64,000 nucleotides of DNA from the human T2T-CHM13v2.0 reference genome, Homo sapiens. The stretch is from the NCBI RefSeq assembly GCF_009914755.1, contig NC_060926.1; one strand, written 5' to 3'. Below, one piece after another: positions 59,408-64,000 of the stretch (positions are counted from its first letter, which is position 1; each line of letters starts with the position of its first letter). The notes under the pieces were generated by a model. The model was not told the origin of the DNA and made no database searches. It saw only the letters and a list, made by a program, of their open reading frames with translations. Both the position numbers and the translations under genes were made by a program.

Positions 59408-60158
59408 CAGTTGGCCCTTAAACCATGCAGGGGTTAGGGGTACCAACCACCCACACAGCCGAAAATCCATTTATAATTTTTTTTTTTTTTTTGAGATGGA
59501 GTCTTGCTCTGTTCCCCAGGCTGGAGTGCAGTGGCGTGATCTCAGCCCACTTCAACCTCCACCTCCTGGGTTCAAGCAATTCTGCCTCAGCCTCCCGAGT
59601 AGCTAGGATTACGGGTGCATGCCACCACGCCTGGCTAATTTTTGTATTTTTAGTAGAGACAGGATTTTACCATGTTCGCCAGGCTGGTCTCAAACTCCTG
59701 AGCTCAGGTGATCTGCCTGCCTCGGCCTCCAAAAGTTCTAGGATTACAGGTGTGAGCCACCATACTCAGCTCCATGTATAATTTTTGTCTCCTGAAAAAT
59801 TTAACTATTAATAGCCTACTGTTGACCAGAAGCCTTGTTGATAATATAAACAGTCTAACACTTATTTTGTATGTTGTAAGATATTATAAGTAGTATATAT
59901 AGTATTGTTGCAATAAAGTAAGCCAGAGAAAGAGAAAATGTTAAGAAAATCAGAGGGAAGAGAAAATATATTTACTATTTACTCACTGGAAGCGGGTTGT
60001 CATAAAGGTCTTCATCCTCATCATCTTCACATTCCATAGGCTAAGGAGGAGGAAGGAGAGGAGCAGTTGGTCTTGTCTCAGAAGTGGCAGAAGTGGAAGA
60101 AAATCCATGTATAAGTAAACCCGTGCAGTTCAAACCCATGTTGTTCAAGAGTCAACTG
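59408..60158 (+). mobile_element. Tigger2-family DNA transposon split by an Alu
   Basis: TIR-like CAGTTGGCCCTT ... GTTGTTCAAGAGTCAACTG(TA). Confidence 0.8.
59476..59770 (-). mobile_element. Alu inside Tigger2
   Basis: TSD TCCAT(T/G)TATAATTTTT. Confidence 0.93.
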
Positions 60159-60379
60159 TAGTCACAAGCTTAAGTGACTATTTAAAAAAATAAAATGTAA
60201 TGTGGCCTGCATGAATATGTGTACAGGGTCCAGTTTCCCTTTAAGCAGGATTAAAGTAGATTTTGAGAGGATTCCAAGCCTAAGATTCTTTGATTGTAAA
60301 AGGTTTGCAGGCCTAGAGATAATTCCTGATAATTTAATAGAAAATAGAGATTATATACTAGTTGAGTATATTTGACTAG

Positions 60380-60717
<338 letters not shown>

Positions 60718-61019
60718 GGTTTGGTAGTTTCTACTAGTTTCAACTACTCAGATATACATAAATCATATTTTTGTGTAAACACAAAAAGATCAACTGCAGG
60801 TATAATTCTGAAAAAAGTATGAAAAGAAGCAAGTAATAATATGGTGTAACATACAAGGGTTAGAACAGCAGGAATAATAACGCATACGTTGAGTGAATCA
60901 GAGCACTAGATCACTGTTTTCAAAGCAGTCACTGGAACTACGGTGCAGTTTTTATTTTGGAAGTGTGTTAATTTCTAAATAGATTAGGATTTCGTTTTTA
61001 AGAAAAATAATAGAATTAC

Positions 61020-64000
61020 CTTTCTATTACTGATTTATAGTTTAATTCCATTGTGATAGAGAAACATACTTTGTATGATTTCATACTTTCAAACTTTTTT
61101 AAAATTTCATTATTATGATTATCACCAAGGATATAGCCTCTCTTGGTGAATGTTCCATGTGCACTTGAAAATAATGGGTATTCTGCTATTGTTGGATGGC
61201 TATTCTACAAATGTCAATTAGTTCCAGTTGGTTGATGGTGTTGCTCACTTTGTCTATTACCTTGTTTTTGTTTATTACCTTGTTTTTGTCTATTTCTTCT
61301 ATTGATTACTGTGATAAAAGTGCTGAAGTTTCCAATCAGAAATGAATCATTGCAAATTTTCCATTTTTCCTTTAAATTTTTGCTTCATATATTTTGAATG
61401 TCTGTGGTTAGATGCATGGACATCTAGGATTATATGTCTTTTTGGTGAATTCACTCTTATGATGTTATGTTCTTCTGTGACCTTGGTAATTTTCCTTGCT
61501 CTGAAATTGGTTTTGTCTGATATTAATATAGCCATTCACATTTTCTTTTTGATTAGTACTTGTGTGGCATCGTTTTTCACCCTTTTACTTTCTACCTGCC
61601 TTTATCATTATTTTGAAAGTAGGTTTCTTGTAGATAACATATTGTTAGATGTTCTTTCCTTAATTATTTTAATATTTGTTTTTCTGATTATGTGCTTTGA
61701 GTATTCAAACTTAATGTATTTATTGATGGTTTGGATTTAGGTTTACCATGTTATCATTCATTTTCTGTTCTCTGATTTGCATTGCTCTGTTTCCTTTTGG
61801 ATTATTTGGGTATTTTTTAGTTCTCCATTTTAACTTAGTTATTGAGCTTTTAAATATATTTCTTTGTATAGGTTTTTTTAGTAACTCTAGGAATTAACAT
61901 ACATTCTTAACATTTCCGTCTAGTTAGAATTAGTATTTTCCCACTTCGAGTGGAAGGAATGTAGACATCTTCCATCCCATAGGTTCCTTTAACCTCCTCC
62001 TTTATGTTGTTGTTGTCATGTATATTAAATCTGCATACATTGAAAACTGCATTAGATAATATTATAATTTTGTGTTTAACTGTCAAATATTTTTTAAAAC
62101 TTAAGAGGAGAAAAATGGTGTGTTATATTTACCCAGCTATTTATTATTTCTGTTGCTCTTCCTTCATTTCTGAAGTTCAAAGTTTCCCTCTGGTATCATT
62201 TTCCTTTTGTATAAAGATCTTCCTTTAACATTGCTTTAGAATAGGTATACTGGCTATGACTTCTCTTAGTTTTTCTCCATGTGATAATGTTCTTATTTTA
62301 CCTTCATTCCTGAACATACTTTTGCTGGATATAGATTTTTGGGTTGACAGTGATTTAGCACTTTACAAATATTATTCCACTTCTTTCTGGCCTCCATGAA
62401 AAATCTGCAGTCATGCAAATGAATGTTCCCCTCTGTGTGATCTGTTGTGGTTTCTGGCTGCTTTAAGATTTTTTTCATTGTCTCTAATTTTCCGCAGTTT
62501 ATGATGTCTCTAGGCATTGATTTCCTTGGATTTTTCAGCTTGCAGTTTGCTGGGCTCTTGTGTCTGTAAGTTAATGTTTTGAATCATATTTGGGATGTTT
62601 TCAGAAATTATTCTTGATATTGTTCTGCACTGCACTCCCTTCTCCTTCTGGAACTCTGATTGACAGAGTATTAGACCTTTGTTGTTGTCACACAGGTCCC
62701 TAAAGTTCTATTGGGATTTTTTCCCCCCAACCTTTTCTCTCTGTTCTTCAATTGGATAATTTCTGTTGAGCTGTTTACATGCTTACTGATTCTTTCCTTT
62801 TTCATCTCATTTTATAATTGTACTCTGCCACTGGATTTTATTTTAGTTATTTTATATTTTTCATTACTAACATCTCCACTTTATTTTTTATCTATTTATC
62901 TGCTATTATTTTTCATTTATGTCAAAAGTGTTCACCCTTACTTCTTAGAGCATGGTGATATAAGAGCTGCTTTAAAGTCTTTTTCTGATAATTCCAACAA
63001 CTGTGTCATCTTGGTGTTGCCATTGTTGACTATCTTTTCCCTTAAAAGTTATTGAGATCTCATAGTTCTTTGTGTGTCAGGTAATTTTCGATTGTATTCT
63101 GGGCATCTTAAATGTTATGTTATGAGACTCTGGGCCTTGTTTAGTTCCTATGGATAATAATGATTATTAAATTTTTTAAGCAGTTGACCCAGTTAAGTTC
63201 AGGCTGCAAGCTCTTACTGGCCTTCAGGGGCTGTTTCTTATGTCAGTTTGTCAGTTCAGGTTTTAAGATGTTTGCAGTGCCACTTGGATAATGTGGATCA
63301 CCCAGTGGCCCCTGTGGGACCTGAAATATGTTCTACCCCATGGTTCAGTTCCCAAAAGACTCTTATATGCTGTTCAGGGTCAGATCCACTCATACAGCTT
63401 GGGGGTAAGTGCGGGAACTCATACACAACATTATGGGATCTTCTGCTTGAGACCCCTCCTCTTGGCATTCTCCCAGGCACTTCCTGGTGTCTAGGAGCCC
63501 TCCTTTCCTAGTTTTCTTGATGGAAAGCTGGGGCTTTCATTTTCCCTCTGCCATACACTTCCTGCAACTGTGTCTGCCTCTGAAACCAAGTGGCAGGGAG
63601 ACAGAGATAGAAAAAAGAAACAAGGATTCTCTCCCATGCCCTTGGGACCACAGTTCCTCTGGTCAGAGAGGATTCCTGTCCCTCAGAATTTTAGATGTCT
63701 GCACGACCACCACTGCCATTACCATAATGAGGTTGCCTAGGGGAATAGGGTGGGAGAAATCATCACTCAAATACACATCCCTCATTCCCTCATACCCTTA
63801 AGGACCCTTTTCCCTCTCTTCAGATCTGAGAGGGCTTCTTTTGGAGTCCTTTATGTCCATGCCCAGTTTCAAGCTGGTATTGAGTTCAGACCAGGGCACA
63901 CCACAGGAACAACAAAACAAGAAACTCACCACAGGATCAGTGTTACTTCGAATTCTGGTTTCCTTCCCCAGTCTACCTGCTGCTGTTTCCCTCTAGAGTC
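61020..64000 (-). mobile_element. Old L1M ORF2-start/ORF1/5' region
   Basis: Minus-strand remnants AILISDKTNF (endonuclease start) and EARKKWNNICKVL..LYPAK (ORF1). Confidence 0.75.

Overview
This is primate (almost certainly human) genomic DNA, mostly intronic and rich in Alu, L1, LTR and DNA-transposon copies. It lies inside ARHGEF4 (ASEF1), transcribed on the + strand. Two coding exons are supported. One is a giant 3,513-nt phase-0/0 exon (32232-35744; 1,171 codons, largely low-complexity, with an internal CpG island). The other is a 306-nt phase-0/0 exon (49220-49525) carrying the MPWEEPAGEKPSC... N-terminus of the classical shorter ASEF protein. The most distinctive non-coding element is a minus-strand SCARNA4 (ACA26)-like H/ACA scaRNA copy (48028-48150). 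It appears to have retrotransposed as a 5'-mature, ~345-nt 3'-extended precursor, and an Alu later reused the same L1-endonuclease site. Several repair or deletion scars, nested insertions and candidate regulatory elements are also visible. I found no evidence of a wholly new multi-gene system. Gene and repeat-family names come from my recall of consensus sequences, not from a database search, and most repeat boundaries are approximate.
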